Source of the DNA: Macrostomum lignano
Taxonomy: Eukaryota
NCBI GenBank assembly: GCA_002269645.1
Contig: NIVC01002615.1
Span: 1 to 64,000, forward strand
Reading direction: 5' to 3'
DNA: 64,000 nucleotides
Within the stretch, counting starts at the first letter, position 1. Every line of letters begins with the position of its first letter. The position numbers were made by a program, and so were the translations under genes. Shown here piece by piece: positions 1 to 59,846 of this stretch. The notes beneath the pieces are model-generated. The model was given only the letters and a program-made list of their open reading frames with translations. It ran no database searches and was not told the origin of the DNA.

Positions 1-785
1 CGAAGGGGCGGGGGCGGCGGCGGTTGCGAGGATCAGCGGCGAAGGATGCGCGTCTTGAAGCATCCGGCCGTGCGGGCTGGCAGCAGCGCCGTGTTCCAGG
101 TGGGTGTCTTCTGCTTTTGGACGGGGGGCAGGTGTCTTCTGCTATTAGAGTGGGCTGGGTGTCTTCTGCTTTTGAAGAGAGGCAGGTGTCTTCTGCATTA
201 GAGTGGGCTGGTGTCTTCTGCTTTTGAAGGGAGGCAGGTGTCTTCTGCTATTAGAGTGGGCTGGGTGTCTTCTGCTTTTGGAGGGAGGCAGGTGTCTTCT
301 GCTATTAGGGTGGGCTGGGTGTCTTCTGCTTTTGGAGGGGCAGGTGTCTTCTGCTATTAGAGTGGGCTGGGTGTCTTCTGCTTTTGGAGGGAGGCAGGTG
401 TCTTCTGCTATTAGGGTGGGCTGGGTGTCTTCTGCTTTGGAGGGGTAGGTGTCTTCTGCTATTAGAGTGGGCTAGGTGTCTTCTGCTTTTGGAGGGGCAG
501 GTGTCTTCTGCTATATAGAGTGGGCTAGGTGTCTTCTGCTTTTGGAGGGTGCTAAGTGTCTTCTGCTTTTGGAGGGGCTGGGTGTCTTTTGCTTTTGGAG
601 GAGGTGGGGGTATCTTCTGCTTTCGGATGGGCGGCAGCCCACTAAAGAATAATTGGGTGGTGGATAGAACTTTTGAAAACTCGAACCTATAGGACCCCCG
701 GCTGATTAATACCAACTTAAACTGTTTCCATTTCCAGGTTTGCGCTGTTGGCGTTCGTGACGCTTTCCAAGACGACGTCAGCTGA
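1..785 (+). CDS. Last two coding exons of an unidentified gene running in from the left edge (exons <1-99 and 738-785)
   Basis: Frame 1 is open and GC-rich (RRGGGGGGCEDQRRRMRVLKHPAVRAGSSAVFQ). It is followed by donor CAG|GTGGGT at 99/100, acceptor TTTCCAG| at 737/738 in the same phase (VCAVGVRDAFQDDVS-TGA 783-785) and AATAAA at 933-938. No family recognised. Confidence 0.5.
100..625. repeat. Intronic minisatellite, ~59-bp unit made of two ~29-bp subunits (GGTGTCTTCTGC core)
   Basis: Alternating GGCAGGTGTCTTCTGCTATTAGAGTGG and GCTGGGTGTCTTCTGCTTTTGGAGG, starting at the splice donor. Confidence 0.9.
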
Positions 786-1062
786 GAGTGAAGGAGCTGC
801 AAATTACTACAACTTTTTAAAAGCAGCTTTTCACATATTTCTTCAATTGAAGAAATTTGAACGTTTTCAGCATTTTTCTTTTTTTGTTTTTCTGTTTTTT
901 CGTTCTGCGCTTTTCAATTTAAACAAAAATGCAATAAAAACGCAATGTTAGTTCACTCTTGAAGCCTCGTTAAAATTTATTGCCTTTATCGCAAAAACAT
1001 TTGTCTAGAATCAGAGTTGGTTATTTTAGTCAAAATTTGCAGCAAGCACAATATTTTTATAC

Positions 1063-1347
1063 AGCCCATTAGCTTCACAGATCATCAGCAGTAGCCCATT
1101 AGCTTCACAGATCATCAGCAGTAGCCCATTAGCTTCACAGATCATCAGCAGTAGCCCATTAGCTTCACAGATCATCAGCAGTAGCCCATTAGCTTCACAG
1201 ATCATCAGCAGTAGCCCATTAGCTTCACAGATCATCAGCAGTAGCCCATTAGCTTCACAGATCATCAGCAGTAGCCCATTAGCTTCACAGATCATCAGCA
1301 GTAGCCCATTAGCTTCACAGATCATCAGCAGTAGCCCATTAGCTTCA
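1063..1347. repeat. Perfect 30-bp minisatellite, ~9.5 copies
   Basis: AGCCCATTAGCTTCACAGATCATCAGCAGT repeated without visible variation. Confidence 0.95.
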
Positions 1348-1839
1348 TTAAATACTACAAATAATTTTCGTTCAATGCTTTCAAGCAAAACTTATTGCTT
1401 TGGCCATAGACATGGCAGTCAGTAACTTCATGTCTTTAATTACACTGGAAACTTCTACGCTATCATAAATTTAAACACACTGAAGCCTTAAGCCATTATT
1501 CTGTGCATATCGTGCTAAGGTTAAGGTACAGTCCAAGTTTCTTGCGAGTTTCTGAAATTTGTACATCGAAGATTTGACCAGCCGCACAGCGATACGATCA
1601 TGGTGTACAAACTTGTACAATGGGTACCATGATAAAAACACCTGCAGTGAATCGGCGAGTGAAAGACCGAGGAAAGAGAATCCGTTATCTCTTCTCACCC
1701 AAGTTAGAAATTACCCATTGCCAGTGTAATAGTGGCATACACTAAGTGCCTTCTGGTCTGTGTTTTGCTAACAATTATTTTATTTTAACAACAATAAAGC
1801 AAAATTGGAATACATAAATCTGTTTAGAGTGCTAAAATA

Positions 1840-4800
1840 ATGTCCTTAGAGCCCACAAATAGCAACTGCAGCTTCTCTGGCCCCAGTTCGTCTGAGGTGT
1901 TTCAAGGTAAGCCGTTTTTATTCTCCTTTTATTCTGATATTTCTTCTTTAATTACTATTACAGTCGATGAGTTAAGTGACAGGCCACTCCATGAATGAGT
2001 GAGAGAGTGACAGGCCACTCCATGAATGAGTGAGAGAGTGACAGGCCACTCCATGAATGAGTGAGAGAGTGACAGGCCACTCCATGAATGAGTGAGAGAG
2101 TGACAGGCCACTCCATGAATGAGTGAGAGAGTGACAGGCCACTCCATGAATGAGTGAGAGAGTGACAGGCCACTCCATGAATCGGTGAGAAAGTGACAGG
2201 CCACTCCATGAATGAGTGAGAGAGTGACAGGCCACTCCATGAATGAGTGAGAGAGTGACAGGCCACTCCATGAATGAGTGAGAGAGTGACAGGCCACTCC
2301 ATGAATCGGTGAGAAAGTGACAGGCCACTCCATGAATCAGTGAGAGAGTGACAGGCCACTCCATGAATGAGTGAGAGAGTGACAGGCCACTCCATGAATC
2401 GGTGAGAAAGTGACAGGCCACTCCATGAATCAGTGAGAGAGTGACAGGCCACTCCATGAATCAGTGAGAGAGTGACAGGCCACTCCATGAATGAGTGAGA
2501 GAGTGACAGGCCACTCCTACTAGAACCATTTAAGTCCCAGCATCATTCCAAATCCCATGAGAAACTCTCAAGTAGCCAAGTGGAATTTCCTCACTGCCAA
2601 CGTACAGCTGGAGCAGGTGACACCATTGCCGCACTCACCGTGGCCTCGCTGTGCACCGCCGCCACCTGCCTGCTGTACCTGTTCGACGTGATGCAGCTGC
2701 TGGCTAATTATCGGGACCGGCAGCAGGCCATCAGGGTCTTCTGGCTGCTGGGCATCTATCCAGTGAGTGAGGATTAAGTAGATGAGCATCTGAGGGATGA
2801 GTGGATGAGCATCTGAGGGATGAGTAGATGAGCATCTGAGGGATGAGTAGATGAGCATCTGAGGGATGAGTAGATGAGCATCTGAGGGATGAGTAGATGA
2901 GCATCTGAGGGATGAGTGGATGAGCATCTGAGGGATGAGTAGATGAGCATCTGAGGGATGAGTGGATGAGCATCTGAGGGATGAGTAGATGAGCATCTGA
3001 GGGATGAGTAGATGAGCATCTGAGGGATGAGTGGATGAGCATCTGAGGGATGAGTGGATGAGCATCTGAGGGATAAGTAGATGAGCATCTGAGGGATGAG
3101 TGGATGAGCATCTGAGGGATGAGTGGATGAGCATCTGAGGGATGAGTGGATGAGCATCTGAGGGATAAGTAGATGAGCATCTGAGGGATGAGTAGATGAG
3201 CATCTGAGGGATGAGTAGATATTTTTTTATTTCCTAATTGATCAGTAATCATTTGATTGCCGCAACAAAAATCTTGCAGTTCTTCTGCGTCACGTCAGTC
3301 ATCAATCTGTGCGTTCCGCGAGCTGCAATCCTGGTCGACTTTGTCAACACAATGTGAGTGTTTTCGCAGCAATCCTGCGGGAAAATCCTGATTTTCAAGA
3401 CCCCCACTGTCCCGCAGAATTCAAGAATTCCACTGTCCCGCAGTTACTTTTCCATCTGCTGCCTGAAGTTCATGCACATCACCCAGTTCTACTTTGGCGG
3501 CCGCAAGCAGATGCTGGAATACCTGCAGACCAATGGGATAAAATTCCCATTGCAGAGTCCGCCGGCCTGCTGCTGCTGCCCATGCCTGCCAAACGTTGCG
3601 CCTAGCAGGTACAGCATTCGCTTTTAACCTACTGTTAGTAGCTTGATTGCGAATACTCTGGTATTTTTTTTCAGATCCAATATTATTTAAATCTATCTGC
3701 TGCTGCTGCAGTTTGTGATTGCTCCACCGCTGGTCAGCTTCATCATCACAGTTGTGGCCATCGATTCGGCTGTGAGTGTTGAATTGTGCCTTTATTATAG
3801 TCCAGAATGCATTAGTTTATCTAGCGACCGTTACGTAATGGTTAAAGCGCTACAGCATTTTAAGCATCTTGAATAGGGGTTTGAATCCTTGGTCCCTAGA
3901 TGGTTAAAAATTCTTTGGAATTTCTTGCCTTGATAGGGAATTATAGCCTAGTGGTTAGAGCGTCGGATTCACGACTCGAAGGTCAGGGGTTCGATTCCCG
4001 ATTACCACTGGAAGTTTGTGTTCTTGAGCAAGACACTTAACTCTGCATTGCTGCAGTTCAGCCAGCTGTAAAATGGGTGCCAGCAGTAGCTGGGGTAAAT
4101 TGAGGGTGTGGCGACCCCCCAGTCCTTGGACTGAACAGCCGTACGCACAACAGCTTACGGTTGTACATCTGCCTACTAGGGAAGGTGTAATCAATTATTA
4201 TTATTATTATTTAAATTATTATTGCCCCTGTGCCCCTCAAACGCTTCTTAATAAAGTGATACTAAAATTGAAAAAGTCTGCCGAAATAGTCAGCTGGGTA
4301 ACTTGTCCGATATGTATCGAAAACTAACTTTTAAAACTATGATTTATAACCTACAGTCGTTGGCCGTGGCCACCAAAGAGATGGAATCGGTGTTTGTTTT
4401 AGTCAGAACCATTTCAACTTCTCTGGCCTTCTACGGCCTGATCCTCATCTTTCGAGTGTCCCGCGGCCCGCTGTCGGGTCAGAGCATCACCGCCAAGTTC
4501 GGCCTGATGAAGCTGGCCATTCTGTTTGGCCACATCCAGATTCTGGTGTTTAATATTCTTGGCGCTTTTAGTGTTATTAACTGTGATCAGCTGTGGTCTA
4601 GCGCGTCTAAAGCTGCCTGTGAGTAGTCTGTTATGGGTGAGGAATGGGGTGGGTGAGAAATGGGGTGGGTGAGGAGTGGGGTGGGTGAGGAGTGGGGTGG
4701 GTGAGGAGTGGGTGGGTGAGGAATGGGGTGGGTGAGGAATGGGGTGGTTGAGGAATGGGGTGGGTGAGGAGTGAGTGGGTGAGGAGTGGGGTGGGTGAGG

Positions 4801-5242
4801 AGTGGGGTGGGTGAGGAATGGGGTGGATGAGGAATGGGGTGGTTGAGGAATGGGGTGGGTGAGGAATGGGGTGGTTGAGGAATGGGGTGGGTGAGGAGTG
4901 GGGTGGGTGAGGAGTGGGGTGGGTGAGGAGTGGGTGGGTGAGGAGTGGGGTGGGTGAGGAGTGGGGTGGGTGAGGAGTGGGGTGGGTGAGGAATGGGGTT
5001 AGGTGAGTCAGTTTTGATGGCGTTGGTGCTAAGTAAATTGGTCAAACTCAAACCCCAAACCCTGCTCAGGGATCAATGCTGCCTGCTTGGCCCCCGAAAT
5101 GGCCTGTCTGTTTCTGCTGGCGCGTCGAGTGTACAGCCGGGACGACCGACCGATGTCAGAGTATGCGTTGATCGGCGAATCTGACTCATTCCCCGAACGG
5201 GCTCGCAGACCTCTGTGCTGTTCGGGCAGTGATTTAGCTTAG
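1840..5242 (+). CDS. SLC51A: Organic solute transporter alpha (OST-alpha/SLC51A, TMEM184 superfamily)-like membrane protein, 7 exons, ~330 aa, with in-frame TAA at codon 159
   Basis: Exons 1840-1906, 2608-2762, 3280-3353, 3444-3608, 3675-3771, 4357-4618, 5070-5242. All introns are GT-AG with compatible phases; total 993 nt. Family motifs: FWLLGIYP, FYFGG, SPPACCCCPCLP, LLLQFVI, KFGLMK...Q...F.IL, W...L..EM...F..AR..Y. AATAAA at 5362. The exon 2 acceptor could alternatively be 9 nt downstream. Confidence 0.88.
1975..2517. repeat. 31-bp minisatellite, ~17.5 copies (OST-alpha intron 1)
   Basis: AGGCCACTCCATGAATGAGTGAGAGAGTGAC unit; explains ORFs 1929-2488. Confidence 0.95.
2777..3221. repeat. 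23-bp minisatellite, ~19 copies (OST-alpha intron 2)
   Basis: GATGAGCATCTGAGGGATGAGT(A/G) unit. Confidence 0.95.
3824..3897 (+). pseudogene. Degenerate tRNA-like / SINE-head relic
   Basis: TAATGGTTAAAGCG (A-box/D-arm-like), GGTTTGAATCC at 3878-3888 (B-box-like) and partial GCGACC/GGTCCC acceptor-stem pairing. No intact cloverleaf. Confidence 0.35.
3936..4211 (+). mobile_element. tRNA-derived SINE with CORE-like central domain and (ATT)n tail
   Basis: A box TAGCCTAGTGG 3944-3954; B box GGTTCGATTCC 3988-3998; CTTGAGCAAGACACTTAAC (4023-4041) and CTGTAAAATGGG (4066-4077) resemble the MIR/CORE-SINE core; (ATT)n tail to ~4211. Confidence 0.75.
4634..4998. repeat. G-rich 15-16-bp minisatellite (OST-alpha intron 6)
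   Basis: GGGGTGGGTGAGGA(G/A)T unit. Confidence 0.9.
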
Positions 5243-5771
5243 TGGGAGACTCACTGCAGACTGCTACTGGAGATGGTTGATTCTATCTTATTTTATCTAT
5301 CTAAATAGTTTTATGACGCTCAAACTTATTATTTCTGTCGTCTTATCGTATTTGATCCTGAAATAAAACGTCATTTTTTTATTTAATTGTCCATTTCATA
5401 CCCAATGCTCTTACTACTTAAAGTAGCATTGAAGCGTATTTTATTTTGACGCGCGAAAATTTCGTCTTTTTCATTGGATTGCTGCACCAATGCGATGCAC
5501 TTTTGAAAGTTAAATTAAATTAAACCAATAAAAAATAGAGACCCTCGTATGCTGCTTAGAGTAGGACACAGTGTACTAGTTAATGACGCGACTGTGCTAG
5601 GCAGTAAATTTGTTGCACCTGTCTATTTTTAGTGTAAGAATAAATTTTCTGAATTACGAGTAAGTCTCTAAAGATTAAATTTTACATGACTGTCTAAGTC
5701 TGAAAAAATATGGGGTTTGGTCAGTCTATTCTTGAAATTTTGTTTGTGAATTGTAGAAAACAGGTGCCTTT

Positions 5772-6290
5772 GGGGTGAGGTGGTGGGGAGTGAGGTGGTG
5801 GGGGTGAGTGGGTAGGGGAGTGAGTGGGTACGGGAGTGAGGTAGTGGGAGTGAGGTGGTGGGAGTGAAGTAGGGGAGTGAGGTGGTGGGAGTGAGGTGAT
5901 GGGTAGTGAGTTGGTAGGGGAGTGTGAGGTAGTGGGGAGTGAGGTGGTGGGGAGTGAGGTGGGGAATGAAGTGGTGGGAGTGAGGTGGTGGGAATGAGGT
6001 GGTGGGGAGATGGTGGGGAGTGAGGTGGTGGGAGTGAGGTGGTGGGAATGAGGTGGTGGGGAGATGGTGGGGAATGAAGTGGTGGGAGTGAGGTGGTGGG
6101 AATGAGGTGGTGGGGAGATGGTGGGGAATGAAGTGGTGGGAGTGAGGTGGTGGGAATGAGGTGGTGGGGAGATGGTGGGGAATGAGGTGGTGGGCAGTGA
6201 GGTGGTTAGAATGGGAGTCAGGTGGTGGGAGTGAGGCGGTTGAGGTGTTGGGGAGGGAGGTGGTGGGTAGTTTCGAAGTGGGTAGTGGAG
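5772..6290. repeat. Degenerate G/T-rich minisatellite (~14-15 bp)
   Basis: GTGAGGTGGTGGG(G)A variants. Confidence 0.85.
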
Positions 6291-6669
6291 TGGGGTTGGT
6301 CGCAAGTTGGCTGAGACTGTTGTACTTTTAATTTTTCCTTTCTTAGTGAAGTATTTGTACAACGTACTCGTATTTGAGTTTCTGACGGTGCGGAGCAGTT
6401 AGCTGAAAAGTGCAACACTTGAAAAGGACAAGCAACGACACGGCAAAAAAACTTGATCGACTTTGCTTTTGCAGAAGCATCGAATCTTCCGCTAGGGCGA
6501 ATAAACCCGAAGTTTTGCGGGCTCGGGAGCCTAGCGGTGCTCCGACTTTGTCGGCAGCTGTTGCGAAGCTTGAGAAGCTGGAAAGAGTTCATGAGCGGTT
6601 GGCATTATGAGCCTTTTTTATTCCGAGTATTGTCTGGCCAGTCCCAATACTGTCTGGCTTTGTCCCAAT

Positions 6670-6850
6670 AATGTCCGACTGTATCCTAATCATGTCCGAC
6701 TGTATCCTAATCATGTCCGGTTTTCTTCCAATCATGTCCGATTTTATCCCAATCATGTCCGACTTTATCCAAATCATGTCCGATTTTATCCCAATCATGT
6801 CCGAATTTATACCAATCATGTCCGGTCTTATCCTCGAGACTGTCCGATTT
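6670..6850. repeat. 21-bp minisatellite, ~8 copies
   Basis: TGTCCGATTTTATCCCAATCA variants. Confidence 0.85.
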
Positions 6851-6896
6851 TAGAAACTGTCCGGTTTTACTGCAAGTTTTACGAACCAAAATTTTT

Positions 6897-16080
<9,184 letters not shown>

Positions 16081-16424
16081 GTCTAGCAGAGCAAGTCAGC
16101 CTGTAAACGCCAGCAGCTTAGATGACTTAAATGAATGAATGTATTTTTCAGCTTCTGCTGAAAGAGGAGTGAAGACAGTCCAGGAGTTGCAACTAACCAA
16201 GTGGGTTCGTCAGTTCGTAATTTGACTGTTTTTGCTCTGCTCTCTCCGTTCTCTCCTGCGTCCTGATTGGCCGGCATTCAACAAGTGAAAAATGCCGCTC
16301 AGGGATTGAATAAAACACAGCTGCACTTTTTGCTTTGACTCGAACCATGGAGCTCTTGGATTAACCATGTGGAGTGGAAATTAACTAGAGCGGTTTCTGG
16401 GCATTTTTGATTGAGCGATAGAGA

Positions 16425-16912
16425 GAGAGAGTGACACGGGAGAGAAGAGAGAGAAGAAAGTGACAAAGGATAAAATAGAGAGGTTAGAGCGGCTGGGGAG
16501 AGAAGAGAGTGGCAGGGGAGAGAAGAGAGAATGGCAGGGGAGAGAAGAGAGAGTGGCAGGGGAGAGAAGAGAGAGTGGCAGGGGAGAGAAGAGAGAGTGG
16601 CAGGGGAGAGAAGAGAGTGGCAGGGGAGAGAAGAGAGTGGCAGGGGAGAGAAGAGAGAGTGGCAGGGGAGAGTAGAGAGAGTGGCAGGGGAGAGTAGAGA
16701 GAGTGGCAGGGGAGAGAAGAGAGAGTGGCAGGGGAGAGAAGAGAGAGTGGCAGGGGAGAGAAGAGAGTGGCAGGGGAGAGAAGAGAGAGTGGCAGGGGAG
16801 AGAAGAGAGAGTGGCAGGGGAGAGAAGAGAGAGTGGCAGGGGAGAGAAGAGAGAGTGGCAGGGGAGAGAAGAGAGAGTGGCAGGGGAGAGAAGAGAGTGG
16901 CAGGGGAGAGAT
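16425..16912. repeat. 22-24-bp purine-rich minisatellite
   Basis: (GA)GAGAGTGGCAGGGGAGAGAAGA unit. Confidence 0.9.
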
Positions 16913-17902
16913 TAGAAATTAAGGAGTGAGTCAGTGCTCAGCAACCTGGATTGCATATTTCCAGTGCTCCATGGCCCGAATAGTTCCAAGCTATACGTCC
17001 CACGAGCTATCTGGCAACTCGCTTCTCTGACAGAAGCACACAGGCCTAGCAACAGCTGTTGCCGCTAGCTGCTCAAATGCTTGCATAAAATGAGCAGCTG
17101 GTTTGCGACCGTTCGTCCTCCCCAACTGCCATTAAGTTTTGCACCTGACACGTGTAGCTGCGCCAACTGCTTCAGGAAGGGCGCGTTGGGTGACAGCTGC
17201 CACTGCCGAGGGTCTGAGCTGGGACTCCGCCCTTGACCTGCCATAACCTCTGTCGGGGCCCCGGCTCTTGATTATCCTGAAGGCAGCTTTGCTTGCCTGG
17301 ATGGCGAATGGCATGGAGCACCCTCCGTGAGGGCCCAGTCCTCACTGTACACCCTCCGTGAGGGCCCAGTCCTCACTGTACACCCTCTATTAGGAATGAT
17401 CCCCTCCACACCCTATATTAGAATCTGATTTCTTCTACACCCTCCATTAGGACTCAATCTTCGCCACACCCTCCCCCAGCAGCATTCAAGCAGCCCTATT
17501 AAGTGGCTCAATTTCTCAAAGCCAAGCTGTATTTGTTATCAGGCGCAGACTTGAAGAGTTAAAAAGGCTACTACCTCATGAACCGTCTCAGTTCTAAATT
17601 TGACCGGCACAAAATTGCGTGGGAATCGGACAGAATGAGCTCATGCGAGCTGCTTTATGCTCCCAGCTAGCTATCAGTCGAATCCTAGACAGGTGCGTAG
17701 TTGAGCGCACAGGTCCGCTAAACTTTGCGAACAGGCGGCTGTAGCTGACAGCAGCAGGTGATGCCTGTCTCACACAGGTCAAGTGTTTGTACTTCATATT
17801 GCTGTCTAAAGAAGATTGTTCTTGGGTTTTATGCTTTACTGCTGAAGTGCTTCGAATCCTGCTTAGAACTGTGCTTTACTGCAGTAACACCGTGATAATT
17901 GG

Positions 17903-18500
17903 AGACTGTGGGGTGTCATGGAAGTCAGTGGGGTGTCATGGGAGTCAGTCAGGTGTCATGGGAGAAGTGGGGTGTCATGGGAGTCAGTCGGGTGTCATGG
18001 GAGTCAGTGGGGTGTCATTGGAGTCAGTGGGGTGTCATGGGAGACAGTGGGGTGTCATGGGAGACAGTGGGGTGTCATGGGAGACAGTGGAGTGTCATGG
18101 GAGTCAGTGGGGTGTCATGGGAGACAGTGGGGTGTCATGGGAGACAGTGGAGTGTCATGGGAGTCAGTGGGGTGTCATGGGAGACAGTGGGGTGTCATGG
18201 GAGTCAGTCGGGTGTCATGGGAGTCAGTCGGGTGTCATTGGAGTCAGTGGGGTGTCATGGGAGACAGTGGGGTGTCATGGGAGACAGTGGGGTGTCATGG
18301 GAGACAGTGGAGTGTCATGGGAGTCAGTGGGGTGTCATGGAAGTCAGTGGGGTGTCATGGGAGTCAGTGGGGTGTCATGGGAGTCAGTGGGGTGTCATGG
18401 GAGTCAGTGGGGTGTCATGGGAGTCAGTGGGGTGTCATGAGAGTCAGTGAGAAGTCATGGGAGACAGTGGGGTGTCATGGGAGTCAGTGGGGTGTCATGA
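17903..18500. repeat. 20-bp minisatellite, ~29 copies
   Basis: GGGGTGTCATGGGAG(T/A)CAGT unit. Confidence 0.92.
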
Positions 18501-19299
18501 GAGAGCACAGGTGTCTCATCTGACGTGCTGGTGTTTCAAATGACCAAAACGTATTATCTGCTTAGTTGCTTTAGCATTCCTGCACACGCCGTACTACTGC
18601 TAGATTAACTAATAAGTAGTTAGTCTAGTTCACGTTATCGAATTCCGAGAAAGAACATATTTAGGAAGTATTTCACGATGCTGCTCCGGTTAACTGTATA
18701 ATTAAGCGAGTTCGCAGGTAAACATTATCTTGACGATTCCTACAGTTAATATCGGCTTCTTGTAACGGATCAAAGTAAAAAAATCCACTATGTTCCGTGT
18801 GATATCAGTTAGTACGTCTGACTCTGTTATACGCTCGTAAGTGTTAAAGCAAAAGACAAAATATTAAAAAATATCGTATATCTGAGTACTAATATAAAGC
18901 AAAAATATGAAATTCAGAAATCAATCTTGGGTTTTTCAATTCGATTGACACGGAAACTTGGAAGTAATTAATATTAGCAAGTTGTTAAATACTTATTTGC
19001 AAGCAGAAAATATAGCAATCAAGGTGAGAAATAACATTGATACGAGAGTACAGGGGTTCTAACAGTTGACTCTTAACAGTTCATTCAGTAAGTGAAAAAT
19101 CATGCACCTCTAAGTTTCTTCTTATACACTTTATTTACGAGAAGATTTATTATACAACAAAACTGTTTTACTAGTTATTGTGAAACATAAAGTAGCTACA
19201 TTTGGAGACGAGAGCCATGCCATAGTGAAGATAGGATGAGATTGAAAATGCTAGTCATAAGATAGATGGCGTAAAGATAAAGAAGATAGCGTAGAGATA

Positions 19300-19785
19300 A
19301 AGGGAGATAAGGGAGATAGCGGAGATATAAGGGGAGATAAGGGGAGATAAAGGGAGATAAGGGGAGATAAGGGGAGATAAGGAGAGATAAGGGGAGATAA
19401 GGGGAGAAAAGGGAGATAGCGGAGATATAAGGGGAGATAAGGGGAGATAAGGGGATATAGGGGGAGATAAGGGGAGAAAAGGGAGATAGCGGAGATATAA
19501 GGGGAGATAAGGGGAGATACGGGGAGATAAGGGGAGATAAGGGGAGATAAGGGGAGATAAGGGGAGATAAGGGGAGATAAGGGGAGATAAGGGGAGATAA
19601 GGGGAGATAAGGGGAGATAAGGGGAGATAAGGGGAGATAAGGGGAGATAAGGGGAGATAAGGGGAGATAAGGGGAGATAAGGGGAGATAAGGGGAGATAA
19701 GGGGAGATAAGGGGAGATAAGGGGAGATAAGGGGAGATAAGGGAGTTAGCGGGGAGATAAGGGAGATAGCAGAGAGATTAGGGAG
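19300..19785. repeat. 10-bp minisatellite
   Basis: GGGGAGATAA unit. Confidence 0.92.
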
Positions 19786-19891
19786 CTTCCATTGTTCACT
19801 GCATAATATTATAGCACTTTAGATTAGAATGCCCACCCGGCCACAGACAAACACGAGCGTAATAAATAATTAAAAATAATTAATTAGCTTT

Positions 19892-58595
<38,704 letters not shown>

Positions 58596-58833
58596 TAGAA
58601 GCCACGCCTTGAAACCAATAATAGTCTCTCTCTGTCTCTGGCTACCAAGCCCGACAAGCTCGCAGCAGTAATGCGCCTTTGAATGCTCCCTTTTTATGCG
58701 GCGTACACCAGAGGCTTAAATGTGTTTATTTTGACACAGGACTTGGCTTCAGGCTGCATAGCGCTTTAAGGGGGCCGGCAAGGTGAACTCAGAGAAGCTA
58801 CTGACGCAATTTTACTCAACCCTGACTGCCGTC

Positions 58834-58875
<42 letters not shown>

Positions 58876-59429
58876 TCGCTTCATTCCATCGGGGTTTTTT
58901 CGAAGAACCCACCCTGCAAGTCGCCTTGGATACTGAGCAAACCGTCTTCTACAATGTCTCGCTGCTCTCTCCTTTCACTACGGTGCTCTCGTGCTTGCGT
59001 ACCCCTCAACCGCCCCCTCCAAGCACAATGCCTTTTTTTAAGATCTTGCGCACCGGCCTCTGGCGAAAGCTGCTCAAACTGCAAATTGCTTTGGAGCTGA
59101 AAATACTGGGCGGGTGGCCAGTGGTCGCACTGTGATGGGGCGGGGTGGCGGTGGAGACTGCAAGGGGGGGTGTTGGCACGATTCTCTTAGAAACTCCGAA
59201 TTCTTTAGTGGAGGCTGGCACTGAGGTGAGTCAGGCTCTCTCCCTGTGTTGTGCCGTTTCAATACTCGCCTTCATTTTCTCCATTATTTTTGTGCCTCCA
59301 CCCTTTGTAGAGTGTTCTACCTCCCGTAAGAAGACATAAAAGTGTTAACGTACTACTCACACATTTTATTCAGTAGTAAGTTGAAGAGCATGAATAAAGG
59401 TATGCTTTGAATTATAAGTTTATTCTGAC

Positions 59430-59846
59430 TAACCAATAGGAAGAGAGAGACCTTGTGCATGTTAAATTTAGAAATCACCCAATCACGTGTAACCTGTACT
59501 TGTCAAACGCAAACCCCAGGAAAGATGCATCATTCAACTGTACGCACGTGACCCAATCAAATGTAACTAAAAATAACTCGAATGCGATGACCAATCACGC
59601 GCTTTTACACTGAACCAATGGAGTAACTTTCTACCCTGCCAAGTTTGACAGCAGCCAAACCGTGACCTTTTTGACAGCTGAAGAGTTGGACCCACGTGAC
59701 CTCATGGGGGTCCATTTGCCTATAAATACAAGTGGTCCGGAACGGACCCGGAGCCACAATCTCCGAGAGAGAAAGCTCCGAAGAGGAAGATCTGCAGCAG
59801 ACTTCCTGAAGCAACTCGAAGACGTGGTCGAGTTCTTGCGGTAAGC
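59430..59846 (+). promoter_or_regulatory. Pol II promoter-like module: five CCAAT boxes, CACGTG E-boxes, TATAAATA at 59721-59728, ATG-less first exon and donor GCG|GTAAGC at 59840/59841
   Basis: Motifs read directly. Could be an LTR U3/R region or a host-gene promoter. Confidence 0.5.

Noticed and set aside
1063-3221. Regular 23-31-bp direct repeats resembling CRISPR arrays
   Set aside because: The units are contiguous with no unique spacers, there are no cas genes, and the context is eukaryotic introns.
3688-3690. TAA as a reassigned sense codon (non-standard genetic code)
   Set aside because: It is the only in-frame stop in about 1,900 reconstructed codons. Three genes end in TAG and one in TGA, consistent with the standard code.
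3936-4010. Functional tRNA gene
   Set aside because: The acceptor stem does not close, and the sequence continues into CORE-like sequence and an (ATT)n tail, which is SINE organisation.
5710-6610. Small two-exon + strand gene (5710-~5774 joined to ~6475-6610)
   Set aside because: The phases can be made to fit, but the product is short with no recognisable motif, and the first exon is AT-rich unlike the verified exons. Unsupported without RNA data.
16930-17800. GC-rich unique stretch with short ORFs upstream of nervy
   Set aside because: All frames close quickly and no consistent exon could be defined. It may be regulatory or UTR sequence.
58783-59339. Cluster of overlapping 60-105-aa ORFs upstream of the SEA gene
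   Set aside because: No coherent splice chain or recognisable protein; partly (CT)n-derived.
59677-59715. Hammerhead ribozyme (CTGAAGA followed by a stem)
   Set aside because: No GAAA follows the stem, and no stems I/III with a cleavage triplet can be built.
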